A stretch of DNA of 64,000 bases from contig CAWHJB010000003.1 in NCBI GenBank assembly GCA_963829555.1, positions 53,957 through 117,956 of the forward strand, written 5' to 3'. The position numbers and the translations under genes were made by a program. Under the pieces are notes generated by a model. That model worked only from the letters and a program-made list of their open reading frames with translations, was not told the origin of the DNA and did not search any database. Numbering within the stretch: the stretch's first letter is position 1; every line of letters begins with the position of its first letter. This document shows, in pieces, positions 28,868 through 38,835 of this stretch. Source of the stretch: an uncultured Chloroflexia bacterium (GTDB lineage Bacteria; Chloroflexota; Anaerolineae; Anaerolineales; UBA4823).

Positions 28868-31800
28868 TCACTTGCGCTGCTTGCGCTTGCGTTTGGCAGC
28901 CAACAAGCTGGCCGCGGTCGTGGTTTCTTCATTGGAGCTGTCCTCGGGCGCATCCTTCGGACGGGCAGCTGGTGCGGTTTCGGCGGATCCGAGGCTGGGA
29001 ATATCTTGCTCCCTGGATCTGCGGTCCTGATTTTGATCCAATGCCGGTCCAGGCTCACGAGCCAGCTGTTGATCCGGGCTTTCAGACTGCCGGTCGAGGC
29101 GCTGTTTCGCACGCATAAAGGCATTCAAACTCGGCGTTTTGGGCGCTTCCTGCGGGATTTCAGAGCCTGCCCACCGTTTCGAAAATCGTCTGGCCAGCGT
29201 CGTGAGTGACTGTCTGATTTCTGCAGGTGTCAGCGCCAATCGTCGGACAGCGATATCGACCGGTAACAAACAGACCGCCAACGTCAACAGCCAGGGCCAG
29301 ACCGGAGTAGCCTGTTCGCCGGCTGGTAAATCGTGCGCGAAGATCCTGGCAAGGTTCTGGTCTGTAGCGGTCCATCCACCGGTCAAGTCACTCAGTTGGG
29401 TCAGGAGCTGGCTGCCATCCTGGTCGAGCTGGCGGTATTCGGACGAATAGGGCTGAACCCATCCGGTCGTCTCGGCCACGCTCTGAAGCCCGGATGGGAC
29501 ATTTGAGGGATTGGTTCGCTCCTGTTCGTTCGCCGGCTGGCCGGTTACGCCGATTAAGTAGGCTCCCTGCATCGATGGTGAAAAACTCCCTGTATATTGG
29601 CCGGGGGCGGTTTGGATGAGGTCTATCCGGTCAATATCCCCATTTGGCAGGGCGATGTTGGCTTGCAGGTTGTAGCCATTCAAATATTCGCCATGACTGT
29701 CCTGGGCATCGACAATGATATTGTTCTGATCACGCCCTTGTTCGACTTTCAAAGTCAGGGCGGAATGGCTTACTTCCGGCAGAAGATATTGGATGGTTTG
29801 TACCCAAAAATCTGGAAAACCCTGCCAGTTAATCCATTCACTGGCCCAGCGCCCGCTGGCATCCGACGTGAACGCAATCGCTCTGCCCAGCCCGTATTGC
29901 CAGCTTGCCAGGACGGGATCCTTCAAATCAGAGACCAGAATGGTTTGGGCTACCGCTCTTGCAGTGGTGCCGACATAACCATTCAGAGCCGGCAGGTCGG
30001 CGCCCAAACCAGCCAGGATGGGTGAACTTCCGATCCTGATCGGTGTAAAGGTTCTTTCTATGATATACGAGCGAGAAGCCAGTGAAGTTTCTTCGGTAAA
30101 GATTCTGGGGATCGATCCGGGATCGGCGGCAAAATGATATCTTCCACCGCCCAATTCGGCCAGATTGGCCAGATAAGGGGCAGCATCACTGCCTACACCG
30201 ACGGTGGATAAGGTAATTCCATCATCCTGGTTCATCCGGCTGACCAGTTCAGGGATTCCCGCCGGATTTGCGCCCCCATCGGTGAGCAGGATGACATGTT
30301 TCACGGAGGCGGGATCATCCGGCAGAACCTGGGCCATGGCCTGCAAACCAGCCAGGATGTCTGTGCCTCCGCCAGCGCGCAGTGTACCGATCCGGTTAAT
30401 CATCCCTTCCGGTTGATCGAGATCGCTGATTGGGACTACCCAGGTTGCGCTGTCGTCGAAGGCGAGCACGCCGACCCGGTCGGTTGGATTCAAAAGCTCG
30501 ATCGACCGAATGGCCGCCTCTTTAGCCAGGGCGAGCTTGGAGACCCCACCGCTGGTTTCACCCATGCTGCCTGAATGGTCGATCACGAAAACCATGGTCA
30601 GGTTTGGACGCCGTAACTGATCTTTCATCTGCATTTCGACCGGCAAGGTCTCTTCCAGCGGCGTGCGGAAATATCCTCCTACGCCGTAGCTGGTCGGTCC
30701 CCCGATAACCAGCAGTCCACCTCCAAGATCGCGTACGAAGCTTTGTACGGTGCTCATCTGTCGTTCGGTCAATTCACGCGCCGGTACATCCACCAGCAGG
30801 ATGGCCGCATAATTCGCAAGCTCGGACAGATTGTCTGGCAGGCCGCTGGGCCGCGCCAGCCTGACAGGGTAGCCCGCGTCCTCGATCACTTTTACCAGCT
30901 GGCCAGCTTCATTTGGCCGGATGGCTGGTCCATTGCTGTCGCGATAGGGCAGCGGTTCGCCAGCGGGCGGAGCGATCACAAGCAAGCGTGGTGGACCTTC
31001 GATCTGCGAATAGGCTGCAGATTCATTGTTCTGATAGAAGCTGTCTACCTGCGGATCGATCTGGACCTGATAGCTGATAAACCGGCCGCTGTTTGTTAAG
31101 GCCTGACTGGCCCGTAATGGCAGGCTGTAAGTTTGCTGGCCGCGCTGCACTTGCAGGTTCCCTTGATACGTCAGTTGGCCGTTGGCGAACACCCGTATCC
31201 GGCTCCCGGTTGGCTGGCTGGCATTAAGACTCACTTGCAGATCGAAGTTCTCACCTGCGTGTAAATGTGCCGGAGCGCTCACAGCTTCTATCAGCACCTC
31301 GGGCTGTTGTAACTCGTTGGCGAGAGACTTCGTCACGATTTGGACCCCGGAAGCGGTTGCCAGCCGGGCGCCAATTTCAGCGTCTCCACGGGTTTGGATG
31401 CCATCCGAGATCAAGACAATCCTGCGAGCAGCATCCGGGGGCATCAGGGCCAGGGCCAGGTTGATCGCACTTTCGATGTCCGTCTGCCCGCGCCCTGGGA
31501 TCGATTGCAGCACACCCAGTCTATGGCTGTTGGATAACGGCCTGTCAACGACGGCTTGTTTGCCAAACAAGATCAATCCAGCCTGGTCGTCTGGTCCCAT
31601 CCTTTCGAGCGAGGACTGGATAAAATCCTCCGCCTCCTCTCGGGCATTGGCAGAAATCGAGTCCGATCCATCCAATAAGAACATGACCGCCAGCCGATTT
31701 GAGCGCTGAACCGTTTCCAAACCGGACAACGCCAGGATAAGGCTGGTTACGATGATCAGACGGATACCGACCGAAAAGATTCCCCTGAGCCTGGTGGCGC

Positions 31801-31879
31801 CGTGCAGCGATGGCCCCCAATATATCAGAATTGGCAGGCTCAACAGGGCCAAAAGGGCAAGTGGGTGGCTGAAACGCAT
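28868..31879 (-). CDS. Large membrane-anchored double-VWA protein
   Basis: 1003 aa. N-terminal double TM; VWA 1 (VMFLLDGSDSIS); a central amidotransferase-like module (GGLLVIGG); VWA 2 (MVFVIDHSGSMG); a C-terminal TM; and a Lys/Arg-rich tail. Confidence 0.75.
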   Translation of the reverse strand: MRFSHPLALLALLSLPILIYWGPSLHGATRLRGIFSVGIRLIIVTSLILALSGLETVQRSNRLAVMFLLDGSDSISANAREEAEDFIQSSLERMGPDDQAGLILFGKQAVVDRPLSNSHRLGVLQSIPGRGQTDIESAINLALALMPPDAARRIVLISDGIQTRGDAEIGARLATASGVQIVTKSLANELQQPEVLIEAVSAPAHLHAGENFDLQVSLNASQPTGSRIRVFANGQLTYQGNLQVQRGQQTYSLPLRASQALTNSGRFISYQVQIDPQVDSFYQNNESAAYSQIEGPPRLLVIAPPAGEPLPYRDSNGPAIRPNEAGQLVKVIEDAGYPVRLARPSGLPDNLSELANYAAILLVDVPARELTERQMSTVQSFVRDLGGGLLVIGGPTSYGVGGYFRTPLEETLPVEMQMKDQLRRPNLTMVFVIDHSGSMGETSGGVSKLALAKEAAIRSIELLNPTDRVGVLAFDDSATWVVPISDLDQPEGMINRIGTLRAGGGTDILAGLQAMAQVLPDDPASVKHVILLTDGGANPAGIPELVSRMNQDDGITLSTVGVGSDAAPYLANLAELGGGRYHFAADPGSIPRIFTEETSLASRSYIIERTFTPIRIGSSPILAGLGADLPALNGYVGTTARAVAQTILVSDLKDPVLASWQYGLGRAIAFTSDASGRWASEWINWQGFPDFWVQTIQYLLPEVSHSALTLKVEQGRDQNNIIVDAQDSHGEYLNGYNLQANIALPNGDIDRIDLIQTAPGQYTGSFSPSMQGAYLIGVTGQPANEQERTNPSNVPSGLQSVAETTGWVQPYSSEYRQLDQDGSQLLTQLSDLTGGWTATDQNLARIFAHDLPAGEQATPVWPWLLTLAVCLLPVDIAVRRLALTPAEIRQSLTTLARRFSKRWAGSEIPQEAPKTPSLNAFMRAKQRLDRQSESPDQQLAREPGPALDQNQDRRSREQDIPSLGSAETAPAARPKDAPEDSSNEETTTAASLLAAKRKRKQRK

Positions 31880-31985
31880 CAGATCGAGTCAATATCCTGG
31901 CGCCCAGGGGGGCGCGGCTTTATCCTGCTACCACAGTTAAGAATTTTATATTGGGTTTGGGTGGCTCTGGAGCATCGGAATGCAA

Positions 31986-33068
31986 TCATTTTCGTTGCCG
32001 GCGAATAAGCCAGATGATCAACAAGGTCAACCCGCCTGCCAGAGACAGGGCCGCGGTGCGCCGGCGCCGGCGTTGAACGGGCCTATTCGTATCCATGCTG
32101 TAAGATAACCATTCGAAGGTTTCCTGCAGTCCCTCGGTCAAGGGGCGCGGCTGCCAGCCAAGTTCGGCCCTGGCCTTGGCGCTGTCGGCCGCATAAGTCG
32201 TATCCAGCATCGCCAGCGAATCCCTGTTGAGCAAGTCGGGGAGCGGCAGCAAGTTCGCCAAAGCAATCAAAATGGGGGCTAAAGGTTTCACAAAACGAGC
32301 AGGTATAAACAGCAAAGGAGCCGGTTTACCGGTCAAATGTGCCCACAGATTGAGGATCTCGCGTAAATTGAGGCTTGGTCCGGCCAAAATATAACTTTCG
32401 CCAGGCCGGCCTTTATCAGCTGCCAGCAGGTGCCCGTCAGCAATGTCATCGACATGCGCCAGGGTGATCGTAAATTCCGGACCCGGAACAATGGGGAGCA
32501 GGCCTCTCTGCCAGTTGCGCATCAATTCTGCGACATATCCGGTGTCTCCCGGACCAAAAACCACGCCCGGCATGACGATGATGATCGGTGCGCCTTGAGC
32601 AATCAAGCGCTCAGCCTCCTGATGGGCCATCCATTTAGTCCGGTCGTAGATCGTTTTGAAATCTTCGGCGGCGGTTATCGGTGTATTTTCGGTCACCAAT
32701 ACGCCGTGCGTGTCTCCATAAACGGCAACCGTGCTGGTGTAGACGATCCGGGGGATACCCATCTCGAATGCCAGGCCGAGCACGTTTCGGGTTCCAATGA
32801 GGTTAATGGCTTCCGCCTGAGCCTGATCGCGGCTGCCAATTTTATACCAGCCGGCGATATGGAAAACCAAATCGCTGCCTTGCAAGCCTTCTCTAAGCGA
32901 TTCCCGTTTGGTGACATCGCCATAGACGACCCGAGCACCCGCAGCTTGCAGCACGGCAGCGTCCTGGCTGGATCGCACCAAAGCTGTTACCTGGTCTCCG
33001 CGCTGCAGCAATTTTCGGGCGACATGACCGCCGATAAAACCAGTTGCCCCTGTGATAAATACTTTCAT
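31986..33068 (-). CDS. NAD-dependent epimerase/dehydratase-family SDR with C-terminal TM anchor
   Basis: MKVFITGATGFIGGHVARKL. The C-terminus RRRRRTAALSLAGGLTLLIIWLIRRQRK is a predicted helix. Confidence 0.8.
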   Translation of the reverse strand: MKVFITGATGFIGGHVARKLLQRGDQVTALVRSSQDAAVLQAAGARVVYGDVTKRESLREGLQGSDLVFHIAGWYKIGSRDQAQAEAINLIGTRNVLGLAFEMGIPRIVYTSTVAVYGDTHGVLVTENTPITAAEDFKTIYDRTKWMAHQEAERLIAQGAPIIIVMPGVVFGPGDTGYVAELMRNWQRGLLPIVPGPEFTITLAHVDDIADGHLLAADKGRPGESYILAGPSLNLREILNLWAHLTGKPAPLLFIPARFVKPLAPILIALANLLPLPDLLNRDSLAMLDTTYAADSAKARAELGWQPRPLTEGLQETFEWLSYSMDTNRPVQRRRRRTAALSLAGGLTLLIIWLIRRQRK

Positions 33069-33195
33069 CGATTAACTCCTTGCCTCAAACGATCTGCGAC
33101 TGGATGAATTGCTTGTTGGTTAACTTTAGGTCTCCAGAAAACTCTGTAGGAGAGTCCCGATTTTGGGGTAACACTACAGAAAATCCCAAAGAGCC

Positions 33196-33960
33196 TTAAC
33201 TTTGCTGGCGCCAGTCCAGTTTTTTCCCAACGACCCACAAGATCAGGCCGCCAAACCCGGTCAGGACTGTTAGGTCCAGCCAGATCTTTGGTGTGACCGG
33301 TCCTAATAAAACCTGTTGAAGGGCGGATGCGGTATAAGTTGCTGGGCTGAAAATACCCAGGGTAATCATAAAATCCGGCAAGCGATCGGGGGGAATGATT
33401 ACCGGCCCCAATCCCAGCAAGATGAATGTCAGCAGGTTGCTGAAGGAGCTGGCTTCTTCGGGATTGCGGGCGCTCGCCCCGACCAGGGCGCCTAAGCCGG
33501 CCAGGGGAAATGCTGCCAAGGGGATAACCACGATCAGCAGGGGGTTGGGATGCATGGGAACGTGTAAAAACCAGGCGCCAAACAGGGCAGTGACTGCCAG
33601 AGCCGGCAAGGAAAGCAGTAAAAAGGCCAGCACAGTCGCGGCGACCAGACTATAGCGCCGGATTGGCAGGCTGGCAAAATATTTCAGCGTCCCCATGGCG
33701 CGCATGAAAGCAAAGTTTCCAGCCACCTTACCCTGATTCTCAAACATCAGGGCTAACACTATATTCCCAATCAGGATATATTGCAGGCTCTGCGGGCCGC
33801 TACCCTTCGCGAAAGTCCCTAAAGCCATGATGCTCAGAATGGGCGCTACCGTCCCAATAATCACCATGCTGCGCCAGGTCCAGCGCCAGTTAGATAACTG
33901 CATCAGGAGCAGGTCAAGAATTTGTATAAGGAATGGCTGCGGCTTTTGCGTTTTGAGCAT
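33196..33960 (-). CDS. ABC-2 type transporter permease
   Basis: Six-helix hydrophobic pattern. The start is uncertain: ATG 33960 overlaps the ATPase gene, while ATG 33903 does not. Confidence 0.65.
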   Translation of the reverse strand: MLKTQKPQPFLIQILDLLLMQLSNWRWTWRSMVIIGTVAPILSIMALGTFAKGSGPQSLQYILIGNIVLALMFENQGKVAGNFAFMRAMGTLKYFASLPIRRYSLVAATVLAFLLLSLPALAVTALFGAWFLHVPMHPNPLLIVVIPLAAFPLAGLGALVGASARNPEEASSFSNLLTFILLGLGPVIIPPDRLPDFMITLGIFSPATYTASALQQVLLGPVTPKIWLDLTVLTGFGGLILWVVGKKLDWRQQS

Positions 33961-34876
33961 AATACAGGTATAAATCCTCAAGCGTGGCTGAGTAGAGCCG
34001 GAAGTCATCAATTTCATCCATGTTCAGGCTTTCCAGCACGCTGCTCGATTGTTGTCGGTCGAGGTAAACCAGCCATCGCCCAGGGTCAATTGGCTTGGCC
34101 GACAGGCCCGTGGGCAGGCGAGGGGGCCTGCCAGGCTGGAAGAATAGTTCAAGTCTTAGTTTTTGATCGATGCCGGCTTTCAACTCGGCCGGCCGGCCAA
34201 GAGCGAGCATCTGGCCTTGATGGATGATACCAATCCGCTGAATAATCTTTTCGGCCTCGATCGCATCGTGGGTGATGAAAATGATGGTCGTGTCCGCATC
34301 GTAATTCAGCTTGCGCAAGTGATCCCATACCTGCCGGCGGTGCTGTGGATCAAGATCGTTCGTCGGCTCATCCAGGATAAGCACCGGGGGATCTGCGACC
34401 ATCGCCACGGCCAGTTGAAGCAGTCGTTTTTGGCCTCCGGAGAGATTTTTGTTTGATTTGCCAGCAAGTTCCGTCAATTCCCAAATCGCAAGCTGTTGGT
34501 CGCGGGCCTCCCTGGCCTGCCTGGCAGAGAGACCGCGTAGATGGGCAGTAAAATAAAGCGCTTCAGCCACAGTCAAGTTGTTCAACGCCAATCCACCCTG
34601 CGGCATGTAGCCGACATAGCGGGATACATGCAGGGGATCGACCTGAACAGGCTGGCCGAACAGTCGGATGACGCCTGATGTGCTGCGGATCAGGTTGGCC
34701 ATTTGTAAGACCAGGGTGCTCTTACCGGCGCCGTTGTCACCCAACAAGCCGAAGATTTCCCCCGAGCGAATTTGCAGATTGATGTCCTGATTTGCTGGAC
34801 GAACCTGCCCCGGGTATATTTTTACCAGATTCTCGATCTCGTAGACCAGGGATGCCTGGGATTGCGGGTCACTCAT
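33914..34876 (-). CDS. ABC transporter ATP-binding protein
   Basis: Walker A GDNGAGKST, signature LSGGQKRL, Walker B VLILDEPT. Start ATG 34876 (MSDPQSQ) overlaps the upstream gene by 8 nt. Confidence 0.9.
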   Translation of the reverse strand: MSDPQSQASLVYEIENLVKIYPGQVRPANQDINLQIRSGEIFGLLGDNGAGKSTLVLQMANLIRSTSGVIRLFGQPVQVDPLHVSRYVGYMPQGGLALNNLTVAEALYFTAHLRGLSARQAREARDQQLAIWELTELAGKSNKNLSGGQKRLLQLAVAMVADPPVLILDEPTNDLDPQHRRQVWDHLRKLNYDADTTIIFITHDAIEAEKIIQRIGIIHQGQMLALGRPAELKAGIDQKLRLELFFQPGRPPRLPTGLSAKPIDPGRWLVYLDRQQSSSVLESLNMDEIDDFRLYSATLEDLYLYYAQNAKAAAIPYTNS

Positions 34877-36821
34877 GACTGCCTCCCGGCTTTCGTTTTC
34901 CACCCAGCACAAGTAAGGCGCGGCTTAACCTGCCTTTCCAATCGCCCGATGCGAATTGGCGCTGATGGTACACCCACCACTCCAGCCAGAGAGTCAGCAA
35001 TGCAGCCCCCGCCAGCCAGGGCCACAATTCACGCTGTCCCGAATCCGTCTGCTGGTTTGCCGGGATCGATGTTTGCCCTATGCTGATTCTTGACGCCGGA
35101 GTTAATTCCGATTCCTCAGGGGAAAACAGATTGACGGCTATCAAGGCTTCTCGGTTCGGCTGGTTTGGATCTGCCAGGCGGTAGAACCCAATTTGATCGA
35201 ACTGCAGTAAAAATTGGCTGTCACGATCCGCTTCGATCCGGGATACCTGGCCGGATGGATCCGTCACCTGCAGTGTTCCGGATGAGGCTGTGGCGGGCAG
35301 GCTCAGGCGCTGGCCTGGTTGGATGGCAGGCAAATCAGCCAGATGGTAAACATCACCAACCTGCAGATCATTGATCAGATTGGCCATCAGAACCGGGAAA
35401 GCCAGCTGAAGCGGCAGATCCGAATCATGCAAATCGAAGCTGATAGCAGCCAGGCGGTGTCCCTGGTATTCGCCGGATAGTACCAGCGGACCTCCCGGGG
35501 CCTGGATCAACGTTTGGGCCCATTCGGGCGGCTGGATCCGGCGCGCCTGGAGAACATGCACGTTGCTCCAGTCGACATATTCCGTCAGGGGCGAAGCATG
35601 CACGATCGCCGGTGATGTATCGGTAAATACCCCCGTCGAGGGGAGCAAATCGCTGGAAGGAGGATTGATCCACAGAATATTGCCTTCTGGGATTGGGTCA
35701 GGCAGCACACCATCCAGAACGTACAGGTCGAACGATTCCTGAGGCATGACCAGGCTGCCGTCCTCGTCCGGTAAAACCCGATATGCCTGGATGCCTTCCA
35801 GGGAGGACAGCATTTGCTCAAGGAACAGGTTGCCGGTTGAAACCAGCAGTGCCCGCCCTTGACGGGCAGTCTGGAAGATCGTAAAAGCCTGATTATCCAA
35901 AGACAGATCGTCCATGAATGAATCCGGCTGGCTGCTGACTGGCTGCAGGCGAGCTTCATACCGGACAGCTTCGGGGGGCAAATCGCTCAAAATAATGGAT
36001 TGGTCTTGCGACCCGTTCAACTCAATTTGCTGGGACTGGACGATTCGATCGTTGGCATAGATCGAGAGGATGGCCTGGGCGGCCAGTCCGCCGTAATTTT
36101 TTACTCGGGCGAAAAGTTCGGCGCCGTCTATGCCCGGCCGCACGGCCAGGGCAGTGATGGCGAGATTGTTCCCGGCCTGTCCAACCGGCCGGTAGATAAC
36201 TTCACCCGGTAAGGGCGGCAACCCTGAATCTGGCAGGCTGCCATCGGAAACAATTACCGTTGCTACAGAAGCGCTGCCGGAGCTGGCTGCCCCAGCTGCC
36301 AGAATGAAAGCAGCCTGCCAGTCGGCTGGGCCCTGGCTTGCGCGGGCCCTTTCCAGAGCCTGCCCCAGCGCACTGCGATCGCTTTCGCCAGCCAGCAAGG
36401 TGCGCGGCTCGGGCCCGACACGAATGATCGTCATTCTGGCGTCTGGGGATAGATTGGTAACATAGTCTTGAGCGATCGCGATGGCTGCATCGAAGCGGGA
36501 AGGTGGGACGTCGGTTGCATTCATCGATGCCGAGGCGTCCAGCAGGATGATGACTGTATCGGTTGTCACGCCGGGAACCGGTTGTGCCGGGCGGGCCAGG
36601 GCCAGGACCAAAGCTGTCAGGATCAGCAGTTGGAGGATCAGCAACAGGTTGCGCTGCAAGCGTTGCCAGGGAGTGTTGGCCTGGCGGTCACGCAGCAGCC
36701 GTTGCCATAACATCGTCGATGAGATCGTGACCGGTTTGCGCCGGAGTTTTAACATGTACAGCAGTAGAATCGGCCCGGCCAACAGGAGCAATCCAAGCGC
36801 GGCAGGCGCCAGCAGGCTCAT
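34869..36821 (-). CDS. BatA-type N-terminal double-TM plus VWA domain protein
   Basis: MSLLAPAALGLLLLAGPILLLYMLKLRR...VIILLDASASM. A C-terminal TM is present. The start forms an ATGA overlap with the DUF58 gene. Confidence 0.75.
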   Translation of the reverse strand: MSLLAPAALGLLLLAGPILLLYMLKLRRKPVTISSTMLWQRLLRDRQANTPWQRLQRNLLLILQLLILTALVLALARPAQPVPGVTTDTVIILLDASASMNATDVPPSRFDAAIAIAQDYVTNLSPDARMTIIRVGPEPRTLLAGESDRSALGQALERARASQGPADWQAAFILAAGAASSGSASVATVIVSDGSLPDSGLPPLPGEVIYRPVGQAGNNLAITALAVRPGIDGAELFARVKNYGGLAAQAILSIYANDRIVQSQQIELNGSQDQSIILSDLPPEAVRYEARLQPVSSQPDSFMDDLSLDNQAFTIFQTARQGRALLVSTGNLFLEQMLSSLEGIQAYRVLPDEDGSLVMPQESFDLYVLDGVLPDPIPEGNILWINPPSSDLLPSTGVFTDTSPAIVHASPLTEYVDWSNVHVLQARRIQPPEWAQTLIQAPGGPLVLSGEYQGHRLAAISFDLHDSDLPLQLAFPVLMANLINDLQVGDVYHLADLPAIQPGQRLSLPATASSGTLQVTDPSGQVSRIEADRDSQFLLQFDQIGFYRLADPNQPNREALIAVNLFSPEESELTPASRISIGQTSIPANQQTDSGQRELWPWLAGAALLTLWLEWWVYHQRQFASGDWKGRLSRALLVLGGKRKPGGSHE

Positions 36822-37699
36822 CGCAGCAATCCCGCTTTCCACAGCTCAACCTGGACGGCCTGATCCCAGGGCAGCGCGGTGCTCAGGTTAAGATAACGAA
36901 CCCCACGTTGGCGGCATCCAGACTGGATCTCCTCCTGCCAGGAATGCAGCCGTTGCCGGTAACGCGTTCGCATGCCGGCATCAATGGAGACTTCTTGAAT
37001 TTCTCCGGTTTCCTGATCGATCAACCGCAGGTCGCCAGCCAGCGGAGGATCCAGCTCGTCCGGAGCCAGCACCTGGATCAGGGCGACCTCATAACCGCGG
37101 TTTTGAAAATGCGCCAATCCGCTCTGATAACCGTTCGGTGAAAATAGATCGGAAATGAGCACCGCCAGCCCCGGCCGTCTGGCCGCCAGCAGGTATTGGC
37201 GCAGGGAGTGATTTAGATCCGTTTGTCCAGCCGGTTTCTGCCGCTCTAAAAACTGAAACAGGTTCAGCAGATTCGTGCGACCCCGCTTTGGACCGAAACT
37301 CTGGCTCAATCCACCCGACCGAAGACAGGTCAGGGTCAACTGATCCCCGGCGGTTAGAGCAATTGCGCCTAATGCAGCCGCAATCCGTTGGGTGTAAAGG
37401 AATTTATTACCTTCAGTCTCACCCCAATCCATGGATTCGGAGCAGTCAACGAGGATGTGGACGGCCAGGTCTTCTTCCTCTTCGAATAGTTTCAAATAAG
37501 GGCGGTCCAGGCGGGCGTAGGCATTCCAGTCTACCCTGCGTAGATCATCTCCAGGCCTGTAATCGCGATAGTCTGCAAATTCGATACTGGTGCCGCGTTT
37601 GGATGAACGGCGGTCGCCCTTCATCATGCCCGCCCGGACCTGATGCGCCACCAGCGCCAGCCGGGTCAATTTTCGCAGCGTAACCTCATCGAAAATCAT
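36818..37699 (-). CDS. DUF58 domain protein
   Basis: GTSIEFADYRDYRPGDDLRRVDWNAYARLDRPYLKLFEEE is the hallmark DUF58 motif. Confidence 0.85.
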   Translation of the reverse strand: MIFDEVTLRKLTRLALVAHQVRAGMMKGDRRSSKRGTSIEFADYRDYRPGDDLRRVDWNAYARLDRPYLKLFEEEEDLAVHILVDCSESMDWGETEGNKFLYTQRIAAALGAIALTAGDQLTLTCLRSGGLSQSFGPKRGRTNLLNLFQFLERQKPAGQTDLNHSLRQYLLAARRPGLAVLISDLFSPNGYQSGLAHFQNRGYEVALIQVLAPDELDPPLAGDLRLIDQETGEIQEVSIDAGMRTRYRQRLHSWQEEIQSGCRQRGVRYLNLSTALPWDQAVQVELWKAGLLR

Positions 37700-37713
37700 T
37701 CTTCAGTCCGATC

Positions 37714-38709
37714 TCATGGCAGGGTTTTCTCTAATTCGGGCACTTGCTCGAGCAGTTCGGACAGGATTTTGTCTGGCGGAATTTCATCCGCCAGGCCCTC
37801 GAAGCTGAGCAGCAGTCTGTGCCTGAGTGCAGCCGGGGCCATAGCGCGCACATCTTCAAAAGCGACATTGTAACGCCCATTGAGGAGCGCAGTGACTTTG
37901 GCTCCCAGCATGATGGCCTGTCCACCGCGTGGAGAAGATCCATAGCGCACATAGCGTTTGACGAGTTCCGGCGCGTCGGGACTGTTTGGATGGGTAGCGA
38001 CAACCAGTCTGGCGATGTATTCGCCAATTTGGCTGGCTGCCGGCACCTGGCGGCCCAATGCCCGCATCGCCAGGATCTGTTCTGCGGAAATAACTTTTAG
38101 CGCCTGGCTTGTATGTTCGCCGGTCGTCCGCACTAAAATCTGGGTAAGTTCCTCGGATGAAGGAAAAAGCACATTGACTTTGAATAAAAAGCGATCCAGC
38201 TGTGCTTCTGGCAAGGGGTAAGTCCCCTCCATCTCGAGCGGATTCTGGGTAGCTAAAACGAAAAAGGGTTCTTGAAGCTGGTAAGTCTGTTTCGCAACCG
38301 TGACCGAATGTTCTTGCATCGCTTCGAGGAGGGCAGATTGCGTCTTGGGCGTGGCCCGGTTGATTTCATCCGCCAGAACAAGATTTGCAAATACAGGACC
38401 GGGTTGAAAGCGGAATTCGCGCTGGCCGTTTTGGTCGATCAGGATTTCGGTGCCGACGATATCCGCAGGCATCAAATCAGGTGTGAATTGGATGCGGGCA
38501 AAACTGAGATCCAGGACTTCACCGAAGGTGCGGATCAACATCGTTTTTCCCAGGCCGGGTACGCCCTCTAACAGCGTATGCCCTCCAGCGATGATGCTGA
38601 TCAGAACGTGCCGGACAACCTCCTGCTGGCCGACGATAACCTTGGCGACTTCTGCTTCGATTTGATCTGCCAGGTGTCTGAAACTCTCTGCTGTTAATTC
38701 TTCGCTCAT
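37714..38709 (-). CDS. MoxR-family AAA+ ATPase
   Basis: GVPGLGKTM Walker A, LADEINRATPKTQSALLEAMQE, ATQNPLEMEGTYPLPEAQLDRF. Confidence 0.9.
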   Translation of the reverse strand: MSEELTAESFRHLADQIEAEVAKVIVGQQEVVRHVLISIIAGGHTLLEGVPGLGKTMLIRTFGEVLDLSFARIQFTPDLMPADIVGTEILIDQNGQREFRFQPGPVFANLVLADEINRATPKTQSALLEAMQEHSVTVAKQTYQLQEPFFVLATQNPLEMEGTYPLPEAQLDRFLFKVNVLFPSSEELTQILVRTTGEHTSQALKVISAEQILAMRALGRQVPAASQIGEYIARLVVATHPNSPDAPELVKRYVRYGSSPRGGQAIMLGAKVTALLNGRYNVAFEDVRAMAPAALRHRLLLSFEGLADEIPPDKILSELLEQVPELEKTLP

Positions 38710-38835
38710 CTTTACTCCTGATGTGACCGGATGGTAGGGCGCTACTGTTAATCAATCAATACCGGGATAAAAATGAATCCGATCGGGGACTCTCATAAAA
38801 ATGCTATAGGATGTCTGTGGTTCCAATAAGCTGGA

